Origin: Octopus sinensis
Taxonomy: Eukaryota
Assembly: GCF_006345805.1 (NCBI RefSeq)
Contig: NC_043019.1
Span: forward strand, 4,091,360-4,155,359
Length of the DNA: 64,000 bases
Direction: 5' to 3'
Positions within the stretch are counted from its first letter, which is position 1, and every line of letters begins with the position of its first letter. The position numbers and the translations under genes are program-made. Below, piece after piece: positions 11,719 to 24,269 of the stretch. The notes beneath the pieces were generated by a model. It saw nothing but the letters and a program-made list of their open reading frames with translations, had not been told where the DNA came from and made no database searches.

Positions 11719-12452
11719 AATGTGATAAAAAATGGAGCTGACCCAAAACGCCGATTCTGTAACGATGAGATTGAAACTATAGACCACCTAATCTCAGGGT
11801 GTAGAGTCTTAGCACCTGCAGAATATAAAGCAAGACATGACAGAGTCGGCCAGTATTTACACTGGACAATATGTCAGCATTATAAAATCAAAACCGCTGA
11901 CAAATGGTATAAACACCATCCTGAAACTGTAACTGAGGGACTTCCCTGTACATACCGACAAAACTATAAAAGCTAATAAACCGGATATTATTACAAAAGA
12001 TCAACCAAAAAGGATGTGTTTATTAATTGACATGAGTATTCCTGGCGATCACGACATAGCAGCGAAAGAATTTGACAAGATCAGTAAATATAAAGACTTG
12101 CTAATAGAAATTGAGAAAATGTGGCATCTCAAGGCGACTACAGTACCAGTGATTGTAGGATCTCCAGGAATGTTAAAAAAAAAGGTACTGAAACCTATTT
12201 GAAAATGATACTAGGCTTACCATCCCTCAGGGAGTGCAAAACATCATATTAACTGGAACGACTCATGTACTGAGAAGAGCATTATCGCTGTGAAAACAAC
12301 ATCCATTCGTAAATTTATTTATTTATTAATGTTTTAAATTACATATTTTATCTGTGAAATTACGTGTGTAATCTGGGAATGCATACAATGAGCTTCTCTG
12401 CCCTAGGTGTACGGAAAACACCCGGCGAGAAATGGAAGAAAATTTGAAGAAA
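11719..12452 (+). mobile_element. 5'-truncated Dong/R4-clade non-LTR retrotransposon (zinc knuckle plus restriction-like endonuclease, 3' UTR)
   Basis: RFCNDEIETIDHLISGC...RHDRV (CCHC, RHD), KPDII...LIDMSIP...KEFDKISKY (PD..D..K); frameshifted; AAT repeats on both sides. Confidence 0.85.
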
Positions 12453-12464
12453 GAAGGAAAAGAA

Positions 12465-12519
<55 letters not shown>

Positions 12520-12522
<3 letters not shown>

Positions 12523-13110
12523 TCTTTTATTGGCCACAAGGGCCGAACATAAAATAAATAGGGATGACACAATACAGGGGACAAGTGGGGTGTTGAACAA
12601 TACGTTCTTCACGATGGACTCAGCTGATAACCAGATCTGTCCTGCACGCGACAACAGTTGTTTGACAAAGCTCCACAAGTCTGTAATGCACAGACACTGG
12701 ACAAGTGCATGCAGGGCGGTTTCATCGCCCTGTGGACATTTCGGACAGGTCTGACTGCACTTCTGTGTCTGTAATGCTTGTCTCGAACTGGCAGAGCTCC
12801 CCAGTAGCACTGTCAGGCCTGGAATTTCTGGAAGATATCCATAGGCCCCAACCTCAAAGTCCTCTGAAAAGACCATATGTCTTCGGCTGTTATCAGCATT
12901 TTGCTGAGAGGTGTGGCATGCCATTGAAGGAGGAGGTGAAAGCCACTTCCATCCCTAACACACATCGCACCCCAAACAGTTCGACAAAGTGCTGCTGAAA
13001 CTTCATACACATCTGTGTGGATTCATGTAGGATACACCCGTCCCGGTCCATGAAGGACCGAGTTGTGGCTTTGTTGCCATGTTGAACCTCTGTACACACA
13101 TTTTAAGCTC
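12520..13110 (-). mobile_element. Degenerate L1/Tx1-like LINE ORF2 remnant
   Basis: CPKCPQGDETALHALVQC zinc finger; DRDGCILHESTQMCMKFQQHFVELFG resembles the region in 57420-58000. Confidence 0.65.
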
Positions 13111-13124
13111 TTGGCAATATCTAC

Positions 13125-13333
13125 TCTACTCTTTTACTTGTTTCAGTCAGTTGACTGCGGTCATGCTGGAGCACCGCCTTTAATCGAGCAACTCGACCCC
13201 GGGACTTATTCTTTGTAAGCCCAGTACTTATTCTGTCGGTCTCTTTTGCCGAACCGCTAAGTGATGGGGACATAAACACACCAGCATCGGTTGTCAAGTA
13301 ATGCTAGGGGGACAAACACAGACACACAAGCAC

Positions 13334-13421
<88 letters not shown>

Positions 13422-13495
13422 ATATATATATACATATATACGACGGGCTTCTTTCAGTTTCCGTCTACCAAATCCAATCACAAGGCTTTGGTCGG
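13125..13495 (-). mobile_element. SINE family C (CORE-like, internal microsatellite), partial
   Basis: Shares CAGTCATTTGACTGCGGCCATGCTGGAGCACCGCC...GAACCGCTAAG body with copies at 14038, 33905, 36480 and 59800. Confidence 0.85.
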
Positions 13496-13609
13496 ACTGT
13501 CAATCACTCACACGTTCAATCATTAAAAAAGTAAATATAAATGCCCATGAACAAGTATGCGTCCAAAAAACATGCATGCGATAGGTGTACGTAGGTAAGT
13601 TTTGTGTAA

Positions 13610-13645
<36 letters not shown>

Positions 13646-14037
13646 GCAGCCACTCATACATGCATAACCTCTCTCTCTCTCTCTCTCTCTTCCCTTTCAA
13701 TCACTCACACATTCACTCACTACAAAAAGTGTTTTAAAAAAATTTCAGTTTTCTCTCTCTCACACACACACACACATACACACACACCAGCACTACACTA
13801 ACAAAAGAACTTCACATACACACCACACTTTCTGTCTTGCACACCCCATTAAACACAAACACACACGCACACACGCACACGGCACGCCAGCTTCGTGAGA
13901 AATTCCCTGATCGAATCGCGCTCTCTCAGTCGCTTTCGCTTTCACTCCGACTTCAAAAGATCCCCTTTCCCCTCACACCAAATATGTAAAAAAAAAAAAA
14001 TTACGGAAAACGAACGATCTTCATCAGAAACATAAAC

Positions 14038-14422
14038 AGGCGCAGGAGTGGCTGTGTGGTAAGTAGCTTGCTAACCAACCACATGGTCCCGGGTTCAGTC
14101 CCACTGCGTGGCATCTTGGGCAAGTGTCTTCTACTATAGCCTCGGGCCGACCAATGCCTTGTGAGTGGATTTGTATATATATATATATTATATGCATATG
14201 TATGTGTGTGCGTGAGTTTGTGTGTCTGTGTTTGTCCTCCTAGCATTGCTTGACAACCGATGCTGGTGTGTTTACGTCCCCGTCACTTAGCGGTTCGGCA
14301 AAAGAGAGCGATAGGATAAGTACTGGGCTTACAAAGAATAAGTCCCGGGGTCGATTTGCTCGACTAAAGGCGGTGCTCCAGCATGGCCGCAGTCAAATGA
14401 CTGAAACAAGTAAAAGAGTAAA
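14038..14422 (+). mobile_element. SINE family C
   Basis: GGAGTGGCTGTGTGGTAAG head, GGTTCAGTCCC B-box, CORE-like GGCATCTTGGGCAAGTG, tail GAAACAAGTAAAAGAGTA. Confidence 0.88.
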
Positions 14423-14584
14423 TACACGTGTTTTAAGAAGTTCATTAACACGGTCCTCATACCGAAAGATCGCCCTTCTTTGAATTTTCAATCTGATGTA
14501 ATGCACACTCTCGAAAACACATTTCTGCAAAATCTTATCTAAAAATGGTGATGCCCTAAAAATATGGGTAAAGAAAGAAACAGC

Positions 14585-15165
14585 AAAAGAATATTTGAGA
14601 ATGATGGTGGGGGGGAATTCCGAGGGTTGTACCCCTACCTCACCCTGTTTTCCGGACCAAGAAAGGGGTTTTATGGCATATTAGGAGGTCACCGGAATTC
14701 ATTCAATGAAAAAAAAAAAAAAAATTCCAATTATTCCGGGATAAGGGAGGGGTCCGGTTTTCCACCCCATTTTTTTCCCGAACGAAAATAAGGGGTTTGT
14801 AGCATATGAGAAGTCAGGGTACTTGATTCCACCCAAAACACCTTACTTTTTTTTTCTTATTGAAAATCGCGCGGGTATACTTCCCAATGGCGGTGGGGGT
14901 GAAATTTCCGAGCCTTCCATCCCACCCCATTTTCCGGATTCCCAGTTGGTTGAGTTTTGTGGCATATTAGGGGGCCACTGGAATTCTTTCAAAGAAAAAA
15001 AAAGTTCCAATGATTTCGGGATTAGAGGGGTTTCCCACCCACTTTTTTTCCGAACAAAAAAAAAATGGGGGTTACAGCATATTAGGAGGTCAGGGTACTT
15101 GATTCCATCCAAAAAATATGAAGTTTTTTTTTTTTTTCTTAGTGAAAATCGTACGGGAGAAAGGA
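14585..15165. repeat. Diverged ~290-bp tandem duplication of unknown origin
   Basis: Landmarks GGCATATTAGG, GGAATTC, GTCAGGGTACTTGATTCCA and TGAAAATCG occur twice in the same order. Confidence 0.7.
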
Positions 15166-15224
15166 TCAAATAATACCGACAGGTGTCCCATTTAATGAAT
15201 AAACGGATATGAAAAGTAAATATA

Positions 15225-16245
15225 GGCGTAGGAGTGGCTGTGTGGTAAGTTGCTTGCTTACCAACCACATGGTTCCGGGTTCAGTCCCACTACGTGACAC
15301 TTTGGGCAAGTGACTTCTACTATAGCCTCGGGCCGACCAAAGCCTTGTGAGTGGATTTGGTAGACGGAAACTGAAAGAAGCCCGTCGTATATATGTATAT
15401 ATATATATGTAATACTAAGTAATTAAGTAGAAAGAATAGCCAAAACTTTTTGACTGCTATTTCTAAATTCGGTGTGTGGTGAGGCAAATCGTTGCTAAAC
15501 CCTTGATTACTTAGTATTACTTAAACCTTCCTTGAATGGGGCTTTTACATGCCGAAATCTACTTGGTGAAATTAATGATTATTCCAAATTAATTAATTTC
15601 ACCCTATATTATTACTGATATATATATATATATATACTACAAAATTAGAGAATGGAGAAACATACTTAAATCAATAAAACATCAACTATCCGATGATACC
15701 CAATCAATACTTTAATACACCATTACATATGAATATATATGTATGCGCGTGTGTGTTTGTGTGTCTGTGTTTGTCCCCCCCCCCCAACATCTATTTCTTT
15801 ACTACCCCCAAGGGGCTAAACACAGAGGGGACAAACAAGGACAGACATAGGTATTAAATCGATTACATCGACCCAGTGCGGTAACTGGTACTTAATTATC
15901 GACCCCGAAAGGATGAAAGGCAAAGTCGACCTCGGCGGAATTCGAACTCACAACCTAACGCAGAGAGACGAAATACCGCAAAGCATTTCGCCCGGTGTGT
16001 GAAACGTTTGCCAGCACCCCCCCCCCCACCACCACCAACATCGCTTGACAACCGATGATGATGTGTTACGTCCCGTAACCAAGCGGTTCGGCAAAAGAAG
16101 GCGATAGATAGAATAAGTACTAGGCTACAAAGAACAAGAATCAGTCCCGGGTCGATTGCTCGACTAAAAGGCAGTGCTCCAGCTTGGCCGCAGTCAAATG
16201 ACTGAAACAAGTAAAAGAGCAAAAGAGTAAAGAGCATAGTAGTTA
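15225..16245. mobile_element. Cluster of SINE pieces: family C head, family A nested inside the family C microsatellite, family C tail
   Basis: Family C head 15225-15400; family A (minus) ~15790-16015 between poly-C runs; family C tail ~16040-16245. Confidence 0.75.
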
Positions 16246-16264
16246 CCATGTTGTTAACCACCTC

Positions 16265-16364
16265 NNNNNNNNNNNNNNNNNNNNNNNNNNNNNNNNNNNN
16301 NNNNNNNNNNNNNNNNNNNNNNNNNNNNNNNNNNNNNNNNNNNNNNNNNNNNNNNNNNNNNNNN
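16265..16364. other. Assembly gap (100 N)
   Basis: Direct reading; a round number suggests a scaffolding join of unknown size. Confidence 0.99.
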
Positions 16365-16879
16365 TACTAGAAGAATAATAACTTTCTCAAGCTGTTGTGC
16401 GAGACTCGTTCGGGAAAAGATGTAAAATTAATTAATAACATAAAGGCCCAAAATTTCAAAACTATCAAGGATATTGACCTAATACCTGATATTTTCCCAT
16501 CATATAGGTACAGGAGCTAGTCTGAATTTTTTCAGGGAGATCTGAGGGAGTGACCTCTGACCCTCTGGGTGATTTGACAGCGTCTTTGTTTCTGGGCTGA
16601 CCAAAGCCTTGTGAGGCGATTTGGTTGATGGAAACTGAAAGAAATCTGTTGTATATGTACATATACCTATGTGTCTGTATCTTTGTGTCTCTGTTTCCCA
16701 ACAACACTTGAAAACTAGTGTTGGTGTGTTTATGTCCCTGTAACTTAGCCGTTGGATTCGGCTTGGTTGCTACGGCTGGATGCTCTTCCTAACGCCAACA
16801 CTTTACAGTGTGTGCTGGGTGCCTTTAATGTGGCACTGGCCCAGGGTCCTTCCAGGCCACTCCTTTTGAATAGGGGAGG

Positions 16880-17290
16880 CAATATCAATACTTCTGCTGT
16901 GGAGTATGGATCTTCTTGTGTATGGCAAAGCACCAGATGGTTTGATCCTTTGTCATCATTTCCACGAGGTTTAGTGTCCCGAGGCCATCCTTCAGTATTT
17001 CGTCCCATGTCTTCCTAAATCTTCCTCTTCCATGAGTTCCATCCACTTTCAATTATTGGCACTTCTTTATGGAACTGTTAACATCTATCCTCATCACATG
17101 ACCAAACCAGTGCAGTCTTCTCTCCTGCACACGGCATCTAATGTCTCTTAAGCCATTTTTTTCTCAGCACACTAGCACACTGTTGCACATGTACACTTAC
17201 ATTGCACATGCAGCAGAGCATACTAACCTCATTCCTCTCTAACCTCTGAATGCAGAGGACATATAAAGAAATACATAAATATGTATATAT
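16880..17290 (-). mobile_element. RTE-clade LINE 3' fragment
   Basis: LERNEVSMLCCMCNVSVH...QERRLHWFGHVMRMD...GRGR.RKTW; duplicated at ~50190-50600. Confidence 0.8.
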
Positions 17291-17573
17291 GTTCATACAT
17301 ATGGATGTGTGCATGCATGTATGAATATATGTATAGAATGTTAATAAAATATAGAAAACAGGGAATTTCATGCTTTATAAAGCATACACGTATTTTGGAA
17401 AATTACTGCTAGTATTACGTAATTGCCTTTAGAAACATTATATAATCTCGTAAACACTTCTTCAGCATTTAGCAAAATATACAAAGAATGGTGCTAAATG
17501 CTCAATATTCCTGTTAAGCATATTATCTACATCAGTGGGATGACAAAATCTACACACCATCGTCATATCATAC

Positions 17574-17729
17574 CTGGTAAATCTGTCAAGGATACACCAT
17601 ATGCTATATTCATAAAAGCTTGTTCTTCTTCATTGCCAATAACAGGGAGTTTTGTAGACATGCTTGGAAAAACTGTCTTGAATCTCTAGGGTGACATAGC
17701 ATCAGTATATTTGAGGCTTTTAATGTTAT
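17574..17729 (-). CDS. STAND-TPR paralog B, exon 3, with 1-bp deletion near 17638
   Basis: AG at 17730-31, GT at 17572-73; ITLKASNILMLCHPRDSRQFFQACLQNSLL then frameshift relative to the 157-bp copy A exon. Confidence 0.8.
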
Positions 17730-18395
17730 CTAAAAATCAAACACAGTAACATGTGTTAATATTTTGTCTGTAGAAATAATGTGGTGAGCTGGCAGAACCA
17801 TTAGCACACTAAACAGAATGCTTGGTGTCATTTTGTCTGTCTTCATGTTCTGAGTTCAAATCAATTTTCCTCTTCCCAGAAATTGCTGACCTTGTGCCAA
17901 AATATGAAATCAATGTTTTTTCTGAAAAATATTAATGATTTCAAATCTTTACTGCCCCAAAGAGTAATAATAATAATAATAATATTCCTTTCCACTAAAG
18001 GCTTGAAATTTCGGGGAAGGAGCTTGATCGATTACATCGACCCAGTGTTTCACTGGTACTTAATTTATTGACCCTGAAAGGATGAAAAGCAAAGTTGACC
18101 GCAGTGGAATTTGAACTCAGAATGTAAAGACGGATGAAATGTCGCAATGCATTTTGTCCAGCATGCTAACGATTCTGACAGCTTACTCCTTTATAAAATT
18201 AATTATAATAATAACTAGCAGGACCCATGAATACTTCACAGAATTAATAGTAAACCTATTGGGTTATTCCTGAAAACTTTATCCCAAAAGCCTGAAAGTG
18301 TATCCTGTGTTGTGTCTGAGGATAGTCACTCATCTACTATTCACTGAAAAGTGAAGGAAATTGGAATACAATGATTACTTAATGCACTTTATATA

Positions 18396-18427
<32 letters not shown>

Positions 18428-18432
18428 ATATG

Positions 18433-18470
<38 letters not shown>

Positions 18471-19188
18471 TTTATAGACTCACTACACAGCAGTCATAAA
18501 ATAAATATTCACTCATATTTTCCCATTTCCCCCATAAAGAAGAAAAGTTACGTTTTAAAATTTACATGGTTACCATTTCATATCTAGAAATTTTAAAGTA
18601 AAAAAAATTATATGTAAAATAGTAAAATAGTTATACCATACTACTCTCTAAGGTTGTCTTTCGGTTAGTCCCTGCTTCAATGGAATTGGTGATTCCACCA
18701 CTATACAACTATTAATATTGCTGCTGTTACTACAACAAGTATAACAACAACTACTCCTACAGCTGTTGCTACTACTACTACTACTACTACTACTACTAAT
18801 AATACTAATACTACTGCCACACACCATAGTTTGGTGCCTTACTAGCGATGATAAGTACAATGTAATACAGTGGATTGTGTATCTTGGATCATACTGAGTC
18901 TCGGATCAACTAACCAAATGATGTCTGATACGTGATATACTGAGTCAGACTCAGATCTGAACAGACAGAAAGTAGGATAGACTGAAACTGTCAAAGAGGC
19001 TGAGTTTGATGAACTAGAGTGAGTCTGACCTAATATATTCTGAGTGACACTTAGTCCAAGGTAGCTGGAGTGCAGATTAAGATGTAACAGAAAAAACCCC
19101 AAATAAGATGTAATAAAAGACAGAATAAGATGTAACCAAAAAGAATTTGTAAGAAGGGGCAGAAGAGACCCTATGCCGAGCTTACAGC

Positions 19189-19443
19189 AGGGTTTCTCAA
19201 CCGTTTTTTACCTATCGACCCCTTTGATTGCTATTCCACTCTATTGGACCATCCTAGACATTCGATGTTTAAAAGAATCACATATTTTTGTAATTAAATA
19301 TTATAAATAATTGTATTAAAAAATTATTGAAATATTTTGTGTATTGTCGAAGTATAACCAATTTCTTGCTGATATATTTTAACAACAGCAAACTCTTATA
19401 TGGACCCCCATGGGCCATATGGCCCTCAATTGAGAACCAATGG
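19189..19443. mobile_element. hAT/Charlie-like MITE remnant
   Basis: CAGGGTTTCTCAACC...TTGAGAACCA ends resemble Charlie-type TIRs. Confidence 0.5.
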
Positions 19444-19549
19444 TAAAGATGTGGGAAGATATAACACAGGTTAAACTAAAATGCGACATATGAAAGACTG
19501 ACTTACAACACAAGATACAAGACACGTTGTTAAGGACAAAATATCTTAC

Positions 19550-20575
19550 CTCATAATAAACTCCATATGTCCTACCATCTGAGGGTGCTTCAATCCCTTT
19601 CTTCATCAGAAACGAAATATTTTCCCAGTTGTTGTTCATTATTCCGAGTGCTTCATATATGAGGCCTTTATCATAAATATCTTGAGCCTTCATCAAACTT
19701 TTCCCAATAATGTTTGTATATCTGAGCTTTACCAAATCATTGCTGTGTACATTGTCAATCTGTTGTTTAGTAATTGCACGTATTAATTCTTGCACTTGGA
19801 AATTCTGTAATTCTAAATCTGAACTGATCAAACCTTGTTCGACAAGTGGCATCAAAACATGCATCTTGGAAGCTGGTTGACTAGAAGAACCAGTCATTTC
19901 AACAGCTTCCTCAATACCAAATCTTCCAGGAAAATATGAAAGCACTTTGATAGCATCTTGCTGTTCGAGAGAGAGTTGAGAAAAGTACTTGTCCATTTCT
20001 TGCTTAATATTACGTCTGTTAATTGTACATTCGTCCAGCCAGTCATTGAGCTTGGTTTCATCACAAATCATTTTGTAGATATCATCAAAAGATAAATGAT
20101 GATGAAACTGGGAGAATTTTTCTGCAAAGTAAATAAGAAGTCCTGGCAGGCCACAGGCATATCTGATGATGTTGTGTATTTGTTCTTTGTTCTCATCATC
20201 CGTCTCAATGTCTGAACAGCGACTGAAAAGAAGCTGGGCATCTTTAATGGACAATGGACTCACTTTACACTCTCCAAACCTGATTCCATCAAACTGAAAT
20301 GGTTTTCCACCACTTAATATGAAAATGATTTTTAGATTTATGTGCAGTGGAAAGTCATTGTCGCAAAGCTCCTGGAAACCTGGAAGGAAGCTTTCTTGAA
20401 TGTTCTGGAAATCATCAAAAATACAAATTTTCCATTTCGTATTGGTGATACTGGAACAATTGGTGAATGTATTGTACATGTTGGAAATATCAGACCAACT
20501 GCTATTATTAGAAATATGGATGTGTTTTATGTGGAGTCTTTCGGGGTTGATTTCATCCTTCAATTCTTGACAGAC
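19550..20575 (-). CDS. STAND-TPR paralog B, exon 2 (Walker B, GLP motif, winged helix)
   Basis: 1026 bp, phase 0-0, CAG|GTC acceptor and GAG|GTAAG donor; ICIFDDFQN, ACGLPGLL, FQVQELIR. Confidence 0.92.
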
Positions 20576-21309
20576 CTGTCATATTAGAAACATAACATTA
20601 GAACAAGTTCAAAGGTTTCCATAGATTCACTTATCAATTTATTGGTCTCTCAGTTTTTCTCTTTCTCTGTCTGACTTTATAATTCTCTCTCAATAACTGT
20701 CTCTTTGTCTATTCTTTTGTCTATGCATTAGTTCAGGGTATCCTTTATATTCCTTTATATTCACCTTACAGTTTGCCTAAGTACCTTTCTGGACACCAGT
20801 TTGTCACTTTGCCATTCAATCTCTTTAATTATTTTTCTATTAATTACACAGTTGCTTCATCTCTTTTACTATCCATCTCTTATTTCATCTACCTCTCTCT
20901 CACTCTCTGTCTATCAATTAATTATTCTTGTGCTTGAGAAGATCTTTCAAGTCAAGTGAGATCGTAGTCATGGCTGATGCTGGGGTTTCGTAACTGGCAC
21001 GTAAAAAACACCCCTTACACTCTGGCAGTGGTTGGTGTTAGGAGGGGCACCCATCTGTAGAAACCCTGTCAAATTAGATTGGAACCTGGTGCAGCTCCCC
21101 AGCTTACCAGTTTTCAGCCAAACTGGCAGATCCTCTACAGCCAGATGCCCCTTCGGAAACCAAACTTACTTGTTTCCAAGGAAATATTTCTCTATAGGAA
21201 ATCTCCAAGTAATATTGGAAGTTAACGACATTCATTTACAAGAAATCTACAATGTCAAGCCGAGGAGATGCAAACATACAGACACACACAAACACACATA
21301 TACACACCT

Positions 21310-21665
21310 GTCTGCCTACCTACCTACCTACCTACCTACCTGCCTGCCTACCTACCTGCCTATCTACCTGCCTGCCTACCTACCTACCTATCTACCTACT
21401 TACCTACATACCTACCTACCTACCTACCTACTTACCTACCTACCTACCTACCTACCTACCTGCATACCTCCCTACCTACCTACCTACCTACTTACCTACC
21501 TACCTACCTACCTACCTACCTACCTACTACCTACCTACCTACTTACCTACCTACCTACCTACCTACTTACCTACCTACCTACCTACCTACCTACCTGCAT
21601 ACCTCCCTACCTACCTACCTACCTACTTACCTACCTACCTACCTACCTACCTACCTACCTACCCA
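21310..21665. repeat. (CTAC)n microsatellite
   Basis: Direct reading; a shorter orthologous tract lies at ~55690-55790. Confidence 0.95.
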
Positions 21666-21997
21666 CTCACTTACATGCATAATATATAAAGCAGTCAAAC
21701 CTCTCCCAAACTGCCTACCTTCTTCATGACATAGAACAGGAGACATTAAATAATATAATCTTTGCCATAGACAGAATGGTTACAGGACAAATACCTTTGA
21801 TCATAGGTCAACCACCAACTCACCAAACGTTACAAAGACTTCAGTGACTGCCATTGTATGGGATTGAACCAGAAATGCTTTTCTCTTTAGTCAGTAACTT
21901 AACTGTAAAACCTCAATGATCCCTAATAACCTACAGAAAGGCAAAATGTAATAAGGTTAACGTAAAAAAAGAGAGAAAACAACAGTAAATTTCTTAC

Positions 21998-22177
21998 AGT
22001 TTTCACAAGACTCGTTTTGCCAACATAAGGCAGTCCATAAACTTGTATTATTTGTGTATCTTCATCGTTGATCAAGATCTTCAGTTTTTCCCTCTCATCA
22101 TGTCGTCCAACAAAGTGTCTGCCAGAATTGCCTTGCTGTCTCATGTAATTGGACGGTAATCGATATGGTGTTGCCAT
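21998..22177 (-). CDS. STAND-TPR paralog B, first coding exon (Walker A)
   Basis: MATPY...FVGRHDEREKL...IIQVYGLPYVGKTSLVKT|gtaag. Confidence 0.9.
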
Positions 22178-22779
22178 ACTGATAATTTAGAAATTTCTTT
22201 TGTTTTTCTGAATTTTCAAAAGCTGGAATTCTGGTGAAGATAAACAGAAGAGATAATTGTTGTGTCATGGGATAAAGTGGAACCCTCAACTATGTATGAT
22301 GCTTAGAAAAATAAAATTTTATAAATTTTCCACTTGTACAAAGTCTACATCAAACTTAGGTGATGGGAAACTTGCAAATGATGGAGGGTTCGAAGAAGTC
22401 GTAGAGGATTCTGTTGTTGAATTGCTCGTGTCCCAGATAGATTGTTAATTAATCAAGGAACTGATTTTGTTAGATCAAGAGTAAAATGAGTAATGGTCGT
22501 GCCGGATATCTTGGAAGTTTTCTTTACATCTTTGAAACTGAAACCAAAAAAGATTAGTATGACTGGAAACAAAAGTAAGAGCTTGTTTAGGTTATCTCTT
22601 TAGATTTCCAGGAGAAATTGTAACCAGCAGTGGTTTGTTATGGTGTTTCGTATCTGAAGCAAATGAGCGCTGGCTATAATTTCTTTAGGAAATCTTTAGA
22701 GATGACTTTAACATGTGATTTAATAGCTCTGCTAACACAGGAGAACTCAATATTGTCTTATAAAAGTATTTAAGTGGAA

Positions 22780-23115
22780 CTGGTCGGACAAGTACCAAAA
22801 AGCTTTTGAAGAAATTAAAAGCATCTTAATGTCAGAATTCTTATTATCATATTTTGACCCGAATTTACAAACGGTAGTGGCATCAGACACTAGTGAAAAT
22901 GGTATTGGAGCTGTGAATTTACACAATTATGAAGATGCTAGCATGAAAGCTGTAGCTCATGCATTCCTTATTTCTGGCTGAGAAAATTTACAGTCAAATA
23001 GAGAAGGAAGAATTAGCCATCATATTTGTGGTAATGAAATTCCATAAATTTATCCTTGGAAGACAATTCTGCTTGCACACAGACCACCACCCATTATTAT
23101 CAATCTATGGGTAAA
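22780..23115 (+). mobile_element. Degenerate Ty3/gypsy RT-RNase H fragment
   Basis: AFEEIKSIL...FDPNLQTVVASDTSENGIGA...[13 protein letters not shown]...[11 protein letters not shown] with stops and frameshifts. Confidence 0.8.
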
Positions 23116-23704
23116 AAATTTTGTTTGTCACACATTCACTTGTGTAGTTTGAACCATGTAAAACGTCAGGGAAAGAAATTTAGCTGTTTCTTACAAGAAA
23201 TACACTTGAAACAGAATATTTTTCATTGATCCTTAAAACACTTCTGTGATTCCCCAGTTTACTATTTTGCTTGCGTGGACTCCCCAAAAAGGCTTATAGA
23301 GCCTCTCCCAACTTCCCCGGGAGTCATATATACAGCATGGCTGAGAACCACTGTTCCAGAAAGCCTTCAAGGCATTTCACAAAATCATGTTTCCCCTCTC
23401 GTGTGTCCATAGACTTTATAACTTCTGTGCATCTTCCACAGAGAAACACTACTTTCATGGCGGGGATCTTTTATTATTTGGTTCGCCATGATCAAGTTTC
23501 TTGTCGTTCACATTCCCTTCAAAAAACAGTTTATTGAGTTGTTTAAAGAAAAGCGTTTACTCTGTTGTCAATACGACTATTATTAATTGTGCAGTTTGTC
23601 TGAGTGGCTTTGTTTGGTAAGGCGACATATTTTTTTTCGGCAAATGTAGGTTGCTGACATAATTGTTTCTTGTACGTATGTATGTATATATATATATGTA
23701 TGAA

Positions 23705-23921
23705 GGCGGTGAGCTGGCAGAAACGTTAGCACACTGGGCGAAATGTGTAGCCGTATTTTGTCTGCCGTTACGTTCTGAGTTCAAATTCCGCCGAGGTCGA
23801 CTTTGCCTTTCATCCTTTCGGGGTCGATAGATTAAGTACCAGTTATGCACTAGGGCTGATATAATCGACTTAATCCGTTTGTCTGTCCTTGTTTGTCCCC
23901 TTGTGGGTAGTAAAGAAATAG
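23705..23921 (+). mobile_element. SINE family A
   Basis: Same head and body as 922-1154. Confidence 0.88.
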
Positions 23922-24269
23922 GTATGTATGTATGTGTGAGTGTATGAACATATGTGTGCGAGTGCATACTTTGTGTGTGTGTGTGTGTGTGTGTATGCGT
24001 GTGTGTGCATGCATGCGTGTATGTGTGTATTATCATTGAAAATGGAGACAGAAGGACACGTAATTGGAATTCCCCACAGGTTAAAAAAAACGATATGAGG
24101 TATCACTATAGTTGCGCACATGTACGAATCGAGAGAAGGTGAGAGAGAGAATGAGAGACAGAAAGAGAGAGAAAGAAGGAAAGAAAGAGAGAGAGACAGA
24201 CAGAGACAGAGAGAAGGAGACAGCCTTATTTGGGAGTAAAGTATCATTGCCCAAAAGATGAACATATAG

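Larger units (their letters stand above)
16365..22770. repeat. Segmental duplication, copy B (partner 49660-56900)
   Basis: Collinear sequence, roughly 93-96% similar by eye, from TACTAGAAGAATAATAA (16365/49660) to CTTATAAAAG.ATTTAA (~22770/~56900); the middle of intron 2 differs. Confidence 0.95.

Noticed and set aside
17330-17500. Additional exon reading HHSLYILLNAEEVFTRLYNVSK
   Set aside because: The available acceptor gives the wrong phase after exon 3, whereas exon 3 joins cleanly to 48938 in copy A
22320-22460. Upstream coding exon (IWDTSNSTTESSTTSSNPP...)
   Set aside because: Bounded by in-frame stops in both copies with no convincing donor to connect it to the NTPase exon; conservation is explained by the recent duplication
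23220-23560. Possible DNA-transposon coding remnant on the minus strand
   Set aside because: Multiple stops and no motif I can name
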